A DNA stretch of 64,000 nt from Felis catus. Its lineage: Eukaryota. Made by a program: the position numbers and the translations under genes. Location of the stretch: NCBI RefSeq assembly GCF_018350175.1, contig NC_058369.1, positions 8,682,001-8,746,000 on the forward strand. The letters run 5' to 3'. The notes under the pieces were generated by a model. That model saw only the letters and a list, made by a program, of their open reading frames with translations, was not told where the DNA came from and made no database searches. This document shows, piece after piece, positions 1-12,229 of the stretch; the stretch's first letter is position 1, and every line of letters begins with the position of its first letter.

Positions 1-247
1 TTGTCCGCATTCTCTGGTGCCAAACCTCAGAATGTCCGGAATGGCCCCCTGGGCAGGTGCCACCTCAGCCCTGGCCCTCAGCCCACTTCAACCCCCACCC
101 CTACTCCCCCATGGACGCTGGGGCAGAATTGCCTTAGTTGGGAAGGGGCTGAAGAAGATCAGGCCCAGGGAATATCAGATGGGGTCCGAGGACTGAGTCT
201 GCTCCACGCTGCGTCCTCACCACTTTCTCTGCGCCCCCCACCCCCAG

Positions 248-369
248 CTGGCCCAGAAGTACGACCACCAGCGGGAGCAGGAGCTTCGAGAATGGATCGA
301 GGGGGTGACAGGGCGCCGCATCGGCAACAACTTCATGGACGGCCTCAAAGATGGCATCATTCTTTGCGA
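248..369 (+). CDS. CNN1: Calponin 1, coding exon 2 (exon 1 lies upstream of the window)
   Basis: cag|CTG...TGC GA|gtgagt; 122 nt encoding [41 protein letters not shown], the start of the calponin-homology domain. Confidence 0.97.
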
Positions 370-621
370 GTGAGTGGAGCAGACTCTGCCTTGGGCTGCC
401 CTCAACCTGGGCGTTCATCCCCGCCCCTCAACCCCTCAACCAACTAGGGGCTCCAAGCCGGGTCAGGCACTTTATATCCAAGACCTGGGAACAGTGGTGG
501 CAAATGATCATTGTGCCCATTTAACAGGAAAGAAAACTGAGGCTCAGGTAAAACACATGGCCCCAAGTCCCATACTGTTCCAACAGAAGTGACTCCACAA
601 TCTAGGAAGGCAGGGCGGGGC

Positions 622-631
622 CCATTTATGG
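622..631. promoter_or_regulatory. Consensus CArG box (SRF site) in CNN1 intron 2
   Basis: CCATTTATGG matches CC(A/T)6GG exactly, next to a GC box (GGGCGGGG); function not shown. Confidence 0.5.
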
Positions 632-738
632 CCTCCAAGAGTTCCGAGTTCCAAGAAAGAGAGATCGTGGCCAGAGGGCAACAGGCAATGATGGCTGTCC
701 ATCACTGGCTTGACATGAGAGATATACCACAGTCATTT

Positions 739-958
739 TTTTTTAAATTTTTTTTCAACGTTTATTTATTTTTGAGACAGAGAGAGACAGAGCATGAACG
801 GGGGAGGGGCAGAGAGAGAGGGAGACACAGAATCGGAAACAGGCTCCAGGCTCCGAGCCATCAGCCCAGAGCCCGACGCGGGGCTCGAACCCACGGACCG
901 CGAGATCGTGACCTGGCTGAAGTCGGACGCTTAACCGACTGCGCCACCCAGGCGCCCC
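739..958 (-). mobile_element. Young feline CAN-SINE (tRNA-derived)
   Basis: Near-consensus body with CpGs retained, (CT)n and poly(A) tail; 13-bp TSD ACCACAGTCATTT at 726-738 and 959-971. Confidence 0.95.
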
Positions 959-1349
959 ACCACAGTCATTTAAGTAGGTCCCCATCTTCTACTCTTCTCA
1001 GAACTTAAATCATCGAGAGAAATGAAAGCCCACGCAGCTCCCAGGCTTTGATTCCAGATTCCACGGCAACGTTAATGCTGGCTAGGGCCCTGAGCCCAGT
1101 GGGGGTCCTGTCTGCATCTCTGAGTCTGACCCAGGGCAGGGTGACCATGGTGGCCGGAGAATGCCCTTGAGAAGCTTCCCGAAGGTGCAGGCTTACCCAG
1201 ATCTAGGTGCTGGAAAGGTGGCAGGGTGGGGAGATCCTGTTCTGTCGTATCCACTCGGGACAAGGAATAGGGGGACACCTTGGTGTCCCAGCTCGGACAG
1301 GGTTGCTTGGACATTAAAGAGTGCCAAGCCCACCCCCCACACCTCCCCC

Positions 1350-2450
1350 CATTCAGTCCTTCATGCCTCGAGAATTTATGGAGCACCTGCTGCGTGCCAG
1401 GTCTAGGCACTGGGGATAATGAACAAAACAGACTTGACTTTGAGTTCACGTAGAGCTTTCGTCCTAGTGAGGGCAGATCGATCAAATAATCAATGAGATA
1501 ATCACATAACATACTTGCCGAGGGTGGGAAGTGACGTGGAGGAAAGTCTGGTGGGGATGGACGGGGACCCGGGGTGGGGAAAAGGGTGGCTGCTTTGTAC
1601 AGAATGGCCTGGAAGGTCTTTCTGAAGAGGTAACATTTGAGAGGAATCTTGGATGAAGTGAGGGAGGGACCTGGGAGGGCGTCTGAGGGGAGAGTGGGTC
1701 AGGCAGGGGGGCAGCCGTGCAAAGGCCCTGAGGTGGGAGTGAGCGAGTGTAGTGTGTTCAAGGAACAACCAGGAGAGATATGAGGAGGTGGAGAGAGTTA
1801 GCTGGGCGGAGCGGAGCTGGGGGGGGGGCACACTTTCAGTCATGCTAAGTATTAGGATCTTTATTCTGAAGGGAAAGCATGGGACAGCTTTGAATTGGGA
1901 AGTAACTAGAATTATTGTTGAAAAGACCATTCGAGCTACAAGATGAAGGGTCGGGAGGAGACATGGTGGAAGCTGGGAGCCCCAGGGAGGCCCCTGCAAA
2001 GAGCCCAGGAGAGAGCTGTGGGCGGCTCGGAGCGGGGTGGGAGTGGCAAGGAGTGGTGGGCTTCTAGATGTCTTTGGAAGGCAGAGCCAAAGGACTTGCT
2101 GAGTGCTTGGGTGTGTGGACGGGAGAAAAGGATAGGAGAGTCAGAGGCAAGTCTGAGGGCTCTGCCCAAGCACCTGGAAGGCTGTGTTTACTGAGCCTGG
2201 GAAGATGGAAGGGGCTGAGTTGGGGGAAGTGGGTGTCAGGAGGCAGGGGTGGGTGCGCTGGATTTGAGATAGCACGTAGGGAGCTGGATTGGGGAGTGAG
2301 GGGCCCGGCTGCACCCAGACACCGGGGAGCTGTTGGCGTATCGGTGGCATTTGCGGTCAAGAGACTGGAGGAGATCAAGGGGGTGAGTGTGGCCAGGAAG
2401 GGAAGTCCGAGGCCCAGGCTGCAGGCTTTCCACAGTGCAGATGCCTGGAG
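1350..2450 (-). mobile_element. Ancient L2 LINE fragments in CNN1 intron 2
   Basis: L2-type motifs (atttatggagcacctgctgcgtgccagg; gcaaaggccctgaggtggga; tttattctgaagggaaag); boundaries approximate. Confidence 0.65.
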
Positions 2451-2724
2451 AGGACCAGCAGCCCGAAAGGTGGTTGCCAGGGAGACAGGGTCACAGCAGG
2501 GGACTCCTGCAAGCCTGGGCTAAGGGGACTTTCTGCTAGAGACCCCAGCCCAGGTCCCGATTTCCCATCTCAGTCCTGCCCGGGTGTACGGGGGTGGATC
2601 AGCGGGGCCGCAGCTGAGCTGGTTGCCGTAGGCACCCGCGCCATCGCCCACTGGCTGTCACCCTGACCCCTTGTCCCGCGGGGCTGGGCGTACCTTCCTC
2701 GCTGCCTTCCCCGGCTCCTTGTAG

Positions 2725-2791
2725 GTTCATCAATAAACTCCAGCCGGGCTCCGTGAAGAAGGTCAACGAGTCGACCCAAAACTGGCACCAG
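2725..2791 (+). CDS. CNN1: Calponin 1, exon 3
   Basis: tag|G TTC ATC AAT AAA...CAC CAG|gtgagc; 67 nt, [22 protein letters not shown]; phase matches exon 2. Confidence 0.97.
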
Positions 2792-2903
2792 GTGAGCCCA
2801 GCCTCTTTTCTGAACTCTTTCAACCCCTGGCCCACACCGCCCCTCGGCCCTCCCCCCCCCCAACCCTGCCTCCCTCCACTGACTGGCGCCTGCTCCCCTC
2901 CAG

Positions 2904-3041
2904 CTGGAAAACATCGGCAACTTCATCAAGGCCATCACCAAGTATGGGGTGAAGCCCCACGACATTTTCGAGGCCAATGACCTGTTTGAGAACACCAACC
3001 ACACCCAGGTGCAGTCTACCCTCCTGGCCCTGGCCAGCATG
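2904..3041 (+). CDS. CNN1: Calponin 1, exon 4
   Basis: cag|CTG GAA AAC...AGC ATG|gtgagt; 138 nt, [46 protein letters not shown]. Confidence 0.97.
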
Positions 3042-3221
3042 GTGAGTGAGGCTGAAGGGTGGGCGTGGGGCGGGTGGGCTGTGGAGGGTGTGGGCTGGGA
3101 TGCGAGTGGGGGCCGCTCGTGCCCCCGGGGCCCAGCATGGGTGGGAGGGGGGAGCAGGTGCTAACTGGGGACGGTGCCTGGAGGCTCCCTTGTCAGTCCC
3201 TGCTCCCTTGGCCCTCCCCAG

Positions 3222-3332
3222 GCCAAGACGAAAGGGAATAAAGTGAACGTAGGGGTGAAGTACGCGGAGAAGCAGGAACGGAGATTTGAGCCAGAGAAGC
3301 TACGAGAAGGGAGGAACATCATCGGGCTTCAG
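3222..3332 (+). CDS. CNN1: Calponin 1, exon 5
   Basis: cag|GCC AAG ACG...CTT CAG|gtactg; 111 nt, [37 protein letters not shown]. Confidence 0.97.
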
Positions 3333-3800
3333 GTACTGCCCCTTCTTCACCGGGGGGTCTTGCTGCTGAGCTGGGCGGGGAGGTCAAGGAGGCCAGGAGG
3401 GCACCCCAGTCCCGGCAGGCTTTGGGGCACAGGCTGTTTGGCCCTACCTCGGATGTATGCCGGACACTGTGCTTGGCGTCCAGCGGCTCTGAGCGGTGGG
3501 TGCTATTGTTACACCCTTTATCCAGATGAGGAAACTGGGGCCTGGAGAAGCCGGCTCACTTACCGCGATTGCCCGCATGATACGTGGCCGCGCTGGGGCT
3601 CGAACCCTGGAAGCCAGGCCCCGGGGCTCGGAGCCACCTACAGGCCACGTGACCCGCCTTTTCTGGGCCTCAGTGTCCAGTCCGGAGCCTGACAATGGAA
3701 GCAGGTGCCTCGGCAGAGGGCGAGCCAGGGTCCGCCGACACGCTCTGTCTCGTGGCCCCGGGTGAGGCTCTGTGACCTTCGGGCTGATTCTCCTTCCTAG

Positions 3801-3947
3801 ATGGGCACGAACAAGTTTGCCAGCCAGCAGGGCATGACGGCCTACGGCACCCGGCGCCACCTGTACGACCCCAAGCTGGGCACGGACCAGCCCCTGGACC
3901 AGGCTACCATCAGCCTGCAGATGGGCAGCAACAAGGGGGCCAGCCAG
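3801..3947 (+). CDS. CNN1: Calponin 1, exon 6 (calponin-like repeats)
   Basis: tag|ATG GGC ACG AAC AAG...AGC CAG|gtgcgt; 147 nt, [49 protein letters not shown]. Confidence 0.97.
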
Positions 3948-4044
3948 GTGCGTGGGGCGGGGGGGAGGGGGCCGCGGGCTGGGCCGCTGGGGTGGCCCCT
4001 GCCCTGCTGGGTGCCCGCGGTCTGACGGGCTGCGCCCTCTGCAG

Positions 4045-4290
4045 GCCGGGATGACCGCACCCGGGACCAAGCGACAGATCTTCGAGCCGGGGCTGGGCAT
4101 GGAGCATTGCGACACGCTCAACGTCAGCCTGCAGATGGGCAGCAACAAGGGGGCCTCGCAGCGGGGCATGACGGTGTACGGGCTGCCGCGCCAGGTCTAT
4201 GACCCCAAGTACTGCCTGACGCCCGAGTACCCGGAGCTGGGCGAGCCTGCCCACAACCACCACCCGCACAACTACTACAACTCGGCCTAG
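4045..4290 (+). CDS. CNN1: Calponin 1, last coding exon 7
   Basis: cag|GCC GGG ATG...TCG GCC TAG; 246 nt ending [15 protein letters not shown], the CNN1-type C-terminus. With a 63-nt coding exon 1 the total is 297 aa, as recalled for human. Confidence 0.97.
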
Positions 4291-4819
4291 GGCCCCGGGG
4301 CCCCCCACCCCCCCGCCCCGCCTTCCCCCCAGGGAGGCTGCCTGCTGCTCTCGGCAGGGGCCGCGCCGCCCCTGTCGACCCCTCTCCCTGCATGGCGTCC
4401 CCCCGCCCCCCCGCCGCCGGCACCTGCCCACAGGGTTAGCATTTGGTGGGGGAGGGGGGCAAACTGGGGGGCTTGCGGGGGAGGGGAGGGGGCCCTCCTC
4501 CCTGGAGCGCCGCGGGACCCAACACCGAGCCGGGTGTTCCCAACAGCACCCAGAGGACGCACTGAGCAAGGCTACCCCGGCTGTCATTCCCTCCCCCCTC
4601 ACAAGTGGGTCCCCCCCAGGACAAGAAGTCCCCCCCCTCCAAGCAAAACCCCCAGAGCCCAGGCTCGGCCTGCCCCCACCCCATTCCCACAGTGGGAGCA
4701 AACTGCATGCCCAGAGACCCAGCGGACACACGCGGTTTGGTTTGCAGCGACAGGCATACGTGGATGTGACAGCGGCGTTTGTAACGCGAGCACTTTCTTT
4801 TTCTATTTCACTGGAGCAC

Positions 4820-4825
4820 AATAAA
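4820..4825 (+). terminator. CNN1: CNN1 polyadenylation signal
   Basis: First AATAAA, about 530 nt after the stop, preceded by a U-rich tract. Confidence 0.85.
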
Positions 4826-6589
4826 CGGCTGTAAAATCATGGACTCGGGGCTGCTCTTTGCTGGAGCCCGCGTGTCTCTTGCACCCGTGCAAACAGCCTT
4901 GCTCGGATCGGCTCCGCGTCCCGCATCCGCGTCTGCAGGGGCACAACGCTCACACCGTCAGATGTGCACACGGAGTGCGCGGCCACTTGGCGGGCCCCGG
5001 GACAGGCACTCACACGCAGAATCCGTGCCCTACTTTGTGTGTGTGGAGCACACACACTCCCCTTGCACAGATGCACACGGGCGGCACACACTCCCACTCA
5101 GGACATGTAAACGCACACCCTCACACATAATATCCACACGCACGTGCTCGGCCCCCGTGTGCCTTTCTGGGAAGTCTGGGGCGGGGGGGGAGGGGGTGGT
5201 GGTGTAAAAGTGCCCAAGCGCCGGGACAGGCGAGATGGGGTGTGAATCACACAGTTCTGCTTCTCACACGCTGACTGACTCGGGGCAAGTCACTTGCCCT
5301 CCCTAGGCCTGTTTTCCCAACACGAAAATGAGGTCAGAGAGCCTCCTGGGGACATGGGGAAGCTGAAATGACACCCCCGGATGGGGGAAGGCATTTGGTA
5401 CTGACCAATGAACGTGGTCAAGCCAGGTTCCGGAGGTCCCCGTGGGCAGGCGGGACCCTTCAGCCCCGGATTGTGGGGAGGTGGGAGGGGACAAGGCAGT
5501 GGGGCAGGATGGGCACTTTGGGGGCGCGGGGCAAGGGCCCTTTGTAGACTGGCACGGGGCAGGGGAGTAGCCGTCTGCCAGGCGCGGCCGCCCTGTGCGC
5601 CCAGCTCGCTCTCTGCCCTCTTCTGAGGGCTGACTCCCGAGTCTGGCCTGCCAGCCCAGGGCCCTCGGAGTCTGTGGACAGCCCCCACCTCTCCACGTTT
5701 CAGAGGGGCCCCTGTCCTCCCAGTGATGTGAGCGCCAGCGGTCCTGCCTGGAAGGCACCACCTGTCAGAGTTCCAAGGGGAGGGTGCGGCCGTGTGGGGG
5801 TGGGGGTGGCAGGTGGTTACAGAACGGTGGTGTCCCCTTCCTTACGCACAGCAGGGGATGAAGCTGGAACACGGGGACCTGCGGAGACACACCAGAAGAC
5901 CCGCGTGCACGGACGCACACAGCCCCTGGGGCCTCGTAAAAGGGATTCCAGGCGCTCTTGGCCTGGCTAGTACAAGTCCTGCTCCCCCAGGGCCAGCACA
6001 GGGGGAGCTATGCCGAGGAGGATCCATGCCTGGCCCAGGGCCCTGCCTCCTCGAGAAAACAGCACCATATTAGCACTTGGCCTGTGTGACTGGGGTGGGC
6101 GGGCCCTGGAAGCCAGAGGAATGAGCCCCCTTTCTGCTGGACCCCAGAGGGCACCCCCCGCCCAGGCACCTGTCCACCGCTCCGCCCGTGCCCACTGGCT
6201 CCTGCCTGGGACCTTGGAGGGGGGAGGCGAGAGCACCACAGGAAGGGCAGGGTAGGGTGGGCTTCCAGGTGGGAGTGGGGGAACATGCCAGACCCAGTGG
6301 CCGGGCCTGGTGGCTAGCTCAGCATCCCCCCTCGGCTGTCCCACACCCCTTAGTGCCCTGAGTGGGTCCCAGAGTCACTTAAACCGTGCCAGGCACTGTG
6401 CTAGGCCCCTCCAGTCTCAGCATGGCCCTGGAACGTTCTAGCGTCCTTTCTGCTGTACCAACGAGGAATGCAAAGCACAGGCCACCTGCTGCCCAGGCTC
6501 AAAGCCGGGTGCGGGTGCTGATGGGCCCCAGGCTGCCGGAGCGTCAGGACCTCCACACCTGTAAGGCCATCTGAGGGCACCGTCCATCA

Positions 6590-7255
6590 GCAAGGTTCAG
6601 ATGCATTTTTTCCAAAACCAAGCAATTCACTCAATTCTGACACGACCTGGAGACAGACAGCACTGGATCTCCCAGGATAAGGGTTCAGTCTTAGGAGGCT
6701 GTCCCTCCCCTTTAGGGCCAATTCCAAGTCCAGGTTATGACCTGTGCTTCTGACCGACCAGTGATAATCAGGGATTCCCATGACCACCTCTTCCGATTTC
6801 GTTCATTTACTAGAGTGGCTCACAGAACTCAGAGAAGCATTGCGTTTTACTAGATTACCGGTTTATTAGAAAAGAATATAAATCAGGAGGCGCTCGATGG
6901 AGCCGGTGTATGGGCCCAAGTCGGGAGAAGGGGCACCCCACTCCCCCAGCACTTCTGTGGGTTCACCGACCCCCCAAGCTTGTCAAATCTTGTTGAAGTT
7001 GTGATACAGCTTAATCTGTAGCCCCCCTTTCCCTTCCTCAGAGGCTGTGGGTGTTACTGAGGGTCCCACTCAGTGATCGCGGACCTTCCGGTGACCAGCC
7101 CCATCCTGAGGCTGATCTGGGGCCCCACAGCGATCGGCATGAATGTAGGTGTGATCAAAACGGGCTCTGTTGACAAAAGATGCCGCCACTCAGGAAATCC
7201 CAAGGGGTTGAGGAGCTGTGCCAGGAACTAGAGACAGGGACCAAAATGTATGACA
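6590..7255. mobile_element. MER21-like ERVL solo LTR between CNN1 and ELOF1
   Basis: Motifs gtggctcacagaactcagagaa, tgtgcttctgaccgacc and caggaaatcccaagggg...gtgccaggaac resemble the MER21 family (from recall). Confidence 0.7.
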
Positions 7256-7962
7256 CCGCACCAGCATCGGCCCCACCTCGTCTTCAGAGACCCCCTCACC
7301 ACCCTCGGAAAAAGGTCCCTTTCCCGGACCCTTACTCCTCCACAATGCTGTCACCCCTGCAGCCCTGGAAGCAGAGACCTGTTCTCTCGGCCTGGACCCT
7401 GGGCTCTTAGGCAGTCAGACCCCGGGCTGTGACGCCAGGCCTCCCAGGTTCAAGGCCCAACTCTGCAGCTTTCTGGCTGTGGGACGTTAGGCCGGTGACT
7501 TGCCATCTCTGGCCCAATTCCTCACCTGTGAGCCTGGGGCACCTGCCTCACAGGCACCTTTCGGGGGGTGGGGTGGGGGGGGGGCAGGGCGGGCAAGCCT
7601 GAGACCAGCTTCTGGCACAGGGTGGCCCTTGAGTATCACTTCTTCTTTCGGACCGCCCCCCAGGAAAAGCCTTCTCTGGTCACCCCGGGCTCCACTGGCC
7701 CCATTTTCTGTTGTGCCTGTAAATGCCTGGCCAGGTGTCTGTGGGTTCATCCGTGTGCCTCGGGCCCAGCACTGCCATGGTTTCATCCCGAACGCCTGTT
7801 GCATGGACAAAATGGACAGTTTGAAGGACTGACCAAACCCCATTTCCCATGGCCCGCCAGGCCACCTCTGAGTGCTTCAGTCTCCCCCTCTCCCTCACTG
7901 AACCCCTGGGCCTGACCCAGAACCCAGGAAATCACAAAGAAGCAGGAGTTTGCATCAGCTGC

Positions 7963-7968
7963 TTTATT
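7963..7968 (-). terminator. ELOF1: ELOF1 polyadenylation signal
   Basis: TTTATT on + (AATAAA on -), about 540 nt downstream of the ELOF1 stop. Confidence 0.8.
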
Positions 7969-8506
7969 TAGGGGCTCGTGACCGACGGCGATCCCCAGCC
8001 CAGCCCCTTCCTCCTCTACAAAAGCAACTAAACAGGAAAGGGGGCTGTTCTGCCAGGTCCCAGCCACGGGGCCTGTGGGACTGTGGCTTTGAATCCCAGG
8101 CCACAGGCCTTGGGAGGCAGGGGAGGGGCGGGGGGCAGTCCAGTTCACACGGTGCTGGTGAGATGGGTGAGGAGGCTGGAGAGTCCCTTGGCAGCCTCTG
8201 CTGGGCTTGTCCTTGCCCAGAACGTCAGGACGCGGGCCCCGAGGAGGAGCAAGCAAGTTAAAGGCTTTCAGAGCCAAGGGAAGCACTTCAGGCCCCCGGG
8301 GGGGCCCAACAACCCCGCCTCAACTCCAGTCCGTGCCCACAGGCACGCTGCCACGGCCACACTCACACCCACACCCACTCCATACACGCAGAGGGCTGTG
8401 AAGGCCCTGGACCCACACCGCGGACCCTGGAATGTCTCTGGATTGGCACCCAGCGGGGCAGGTCCACGGCAGGCAGGGTTGCCGCGGGAGTGGGTCCTCT
8501 GCATCG

Positions 8507-8998
<492 letters not shown>

Positions 8999-9110
8999 CT
9001 ATGGGTGACGATCGCCCTAAGTGGGAGGGCCTGGGGCAGAAAGGATGGTGGGAGCAGGGAAGCTGCCTCCCGACTCTGGGAGGAGAGGGGAGGCCCCCGT
9101 CCCCCACTCA

Positions 9111-9494
<384 letters not shown>

Positions 9495-10079
9495 TTAAGC
9501 TCTCTGTGCCTCAGTGTTCTGTCAGTAAAACAGAGATGAGGCTGCTACCCACACAGGGGTCTGTGCGGCTGCCATGACAAACGGTACACGGAGTGCCGAG
9601 CACGGGACCCGGCCCACCCATCCTCAGCACCCAGGCAGGACGCCACTGTTCCTGGTGAGGATGACGCAAGAGGCGCTGACGGACCAGCTGCGCGGGGATG
9701 GGCACAGCCTAAGTGCCCAGAAGCCGGCGCTTTTGGGAGCAGCTACTCCTCTCGTCAAAGGGACACACAAGGGACACCTAGGAGGAATGACACTCAAGGG
9801 ATAGGACAGATCCTCCAGAGAAGCCCCCTGGGCTAACTCTCCACACACAAGGGGCTGGTGGGCAGAGACGGGGGGACAAGCATTTCCGGTCCTTGCCACA
9901 TACCACGACCGAAGACAGGTGTCTGAGGGCCCCGGCCAGCGTTGGGGGACCACATGGGGCAGGGGGTGGCGAGGGGCAGGCTAAACAGGGAGTGGGGGCA
10001 GGGGGGAAGGGTCTGGATGGATCCTGGGTGGGAGGGTGGGCAGTGGGGAGACAAAGGATGAAATCACTGCCTTTCTAGG

Positions 10080-11360
10080 GCATCGAGGAGTACAGGTCGG
10101 AGGTGTGGATACAGATGAAGTCAGAACCACGCCAGGGCTGTTCAGGGTGGAGGGATGGCGGGGGGTGAGAGAGTCTCAGAGTGTGGCCAGAGAAGGAGGG
10201 ACCGGGATGACTCCTAAGGTGGTGGGGGATGGACCACTTAAGGGTGGGTAGGGGGAGAAGGTGGCATCATCCTCTGATGCCTAATGCACAGGAAGAACAA
10301 GATGCTGGGGGAAGATGATGGGCTCAAGCGGCAGAGGCACATCTAGGGACAGGTGTCTTGGAGACAGGGGCCTCCCACGCCAGGCACTGAGCTCAGGGTT
10401 CTAGGATCACCGTCCCCAGGCACTCTCCCCTCTCCCTGTCCCCCCTACACTCCACCTGTGTGGCTCTTCCTCCGTGACACAGGAATAAAGACCAGAATTC
10501 TAGAAGAGCTGCCTGCATTCCCTGTCTTCATTTCCTCCCATTCTCCCTCTACCCCCCCACCATACTGCTCCCCCCAGGGGGCAGTTCCCCGCCTCCTCAG
10601 GGCACTGGACGCACTGGCCCGTCCTCCCACCCTTCCCACGCGGCTCTCAGGACCCTGCACTCTGCCCCGGCCTCACTGATGGGGCCTTGCAGTTCCTTCT
10701 GCTGCTTTCCCCCGGCCCCGGCCCGGACTTCCGTGATGATACACGAGCCCACGAGCTCAGTCTCTGGGCTCCTCTCCATTTGCTCTCACCTCCGTGGAGA
10801 CCTCGCCCAGCCTCAGGGCTTCAAATGCCTCCTCTACACTGAGGCTTCCCGATCTGCCACCCTCAACGTTTCCTCTGCGCTGCAGACTGGCTCGTCTACC
10901 TGCCTCGGCTACACCCTCACCGGATGCTAACCCACTTTTTCAACATACCCCGTCCCAAACCCAAGCTGCTGACACCTCAACAGGCCCCTTCCGTCTTCCC
11001 CAGCTCAGCAGATAGCAAACCCATCTTTGCACAAACCTTGGACTCCCCCTCGATTCCTTCCACTCCCTCTCACATCCCTTATCGGATCCTGATCCCGCGG
11101 CTTTCCCTCTAAAAGACATCCAGAACCTGCCCTCTTCTCTTCTCGCCAGAGCCAAAACCGTAGTCCGAGTCCCCAGTCCTGGTCATTTTCAAAACAGCCT
11201 CCCTATGGCTCTCCCTGCACCTCCTACCCTGTCCACCTCCCTCCAAATGTACATTCCACGATGGCAGGGACGTGTGTCTTTTCTTTGTATCCCCAGAGCC
11301 TACAACTGCTGGTGGCACAGAGCTGGCGCTCGACAAATGCTTACTCAATGAACGAATGAA
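10080..11360. mobile_element. L2 LINE fragments in ELOF1 intron 1
   Basis: L2 3'-end motif (acaaatgcttactcaatgaacgaatgaa) and internal L2-like pyrimidine-rich segments; boundaries approximate. Confidence 0.55.
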
Positions 11361-12229
11361 CCAATGCCGGGCCCTCCGCGAACCACGGCAATGCTGCACT
11401 CAAGGCAGGCAAAGTGTCTGCTTTTGTGGAACTGCTGGTAGCCGACGGCAGACCCTTAACAACTTAATAAGAGAGATCATTTCCGCTACCAGTAAGTGCT
11501 ATGAGATGAATCAATCAGGGCTAAGGGAATACTTCCGGAATGGGGCAACTTCACCTAGGAGTGGGGTGGGAAGGACCCTCTGGGTAAAAGTCATTTGCAC
11601 TGAGGCCTGAATGATGAGAGAAGGCGACAGTGCAAAACAGTCCAGACTGATGGAACAGCAACTGCAAAGGCTCAGAGGCAGAAGCAGCTCCCCCCCTCCC
11701 GCCCCCCGAAAGAGCAAGAAGATTGGTACAGCTGAAGCTCAGGGAGCAATGGGGAGAAAGGGTCTGAGATGGGCCCGCAGGGGAAAGCAGCCAGACCCCC
11801 CCCTCCGCAAACGTAGCCAGTTCTATAGCCCCTGCCTCACCTGCTCCGGGCAGTGTTCTGTTTTCCCGAAGCCTGGCCCTGGGTACCACCTGTTAATAGA
11901 ATCCCTTGAGGGATGCTCAAAAATGCAGATTTCTGAACCTCATTTCAGATCTGCCCCTAATGGAATGCAGTGTTGCGGGCGGGGGGGGGGGGGGGACACG
12001 ATTTACCCACTGCTGAATCCCCATACCAGGCACGGTGCCTGGTATGCATTAAGCGCTCAGTAACTACTTGTTGAACGAACAGATAAGGCTGCCGAACCAG
12101 AAGGTATGGATGGGCTCCACAATCTCGTTTTATCCGGCGTCCACGGCACCCCCAATCGCACAACAGAAAGGGGGTCTAGCCTGTACACAAAGCTCCAGGG
12201 GCCCTGCCTGCCCTATGGCGACCTAAGTC

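Noticed and set aside
589..1008. Recurrent peptides such as RQRETEHERGRGRERGRHRIG and AQVMISRSVSSSPASGS in many ORFs
   Set aside because: These are translations of CAN-SINE frames, not a gene family
3910..4821. 303-aa antisense ORF over CNN1 exon 7 and 3' UTR
   Set aside because: Low-complexity product with no recognisable domain; explained by high GC and the opposite-strand coding frame
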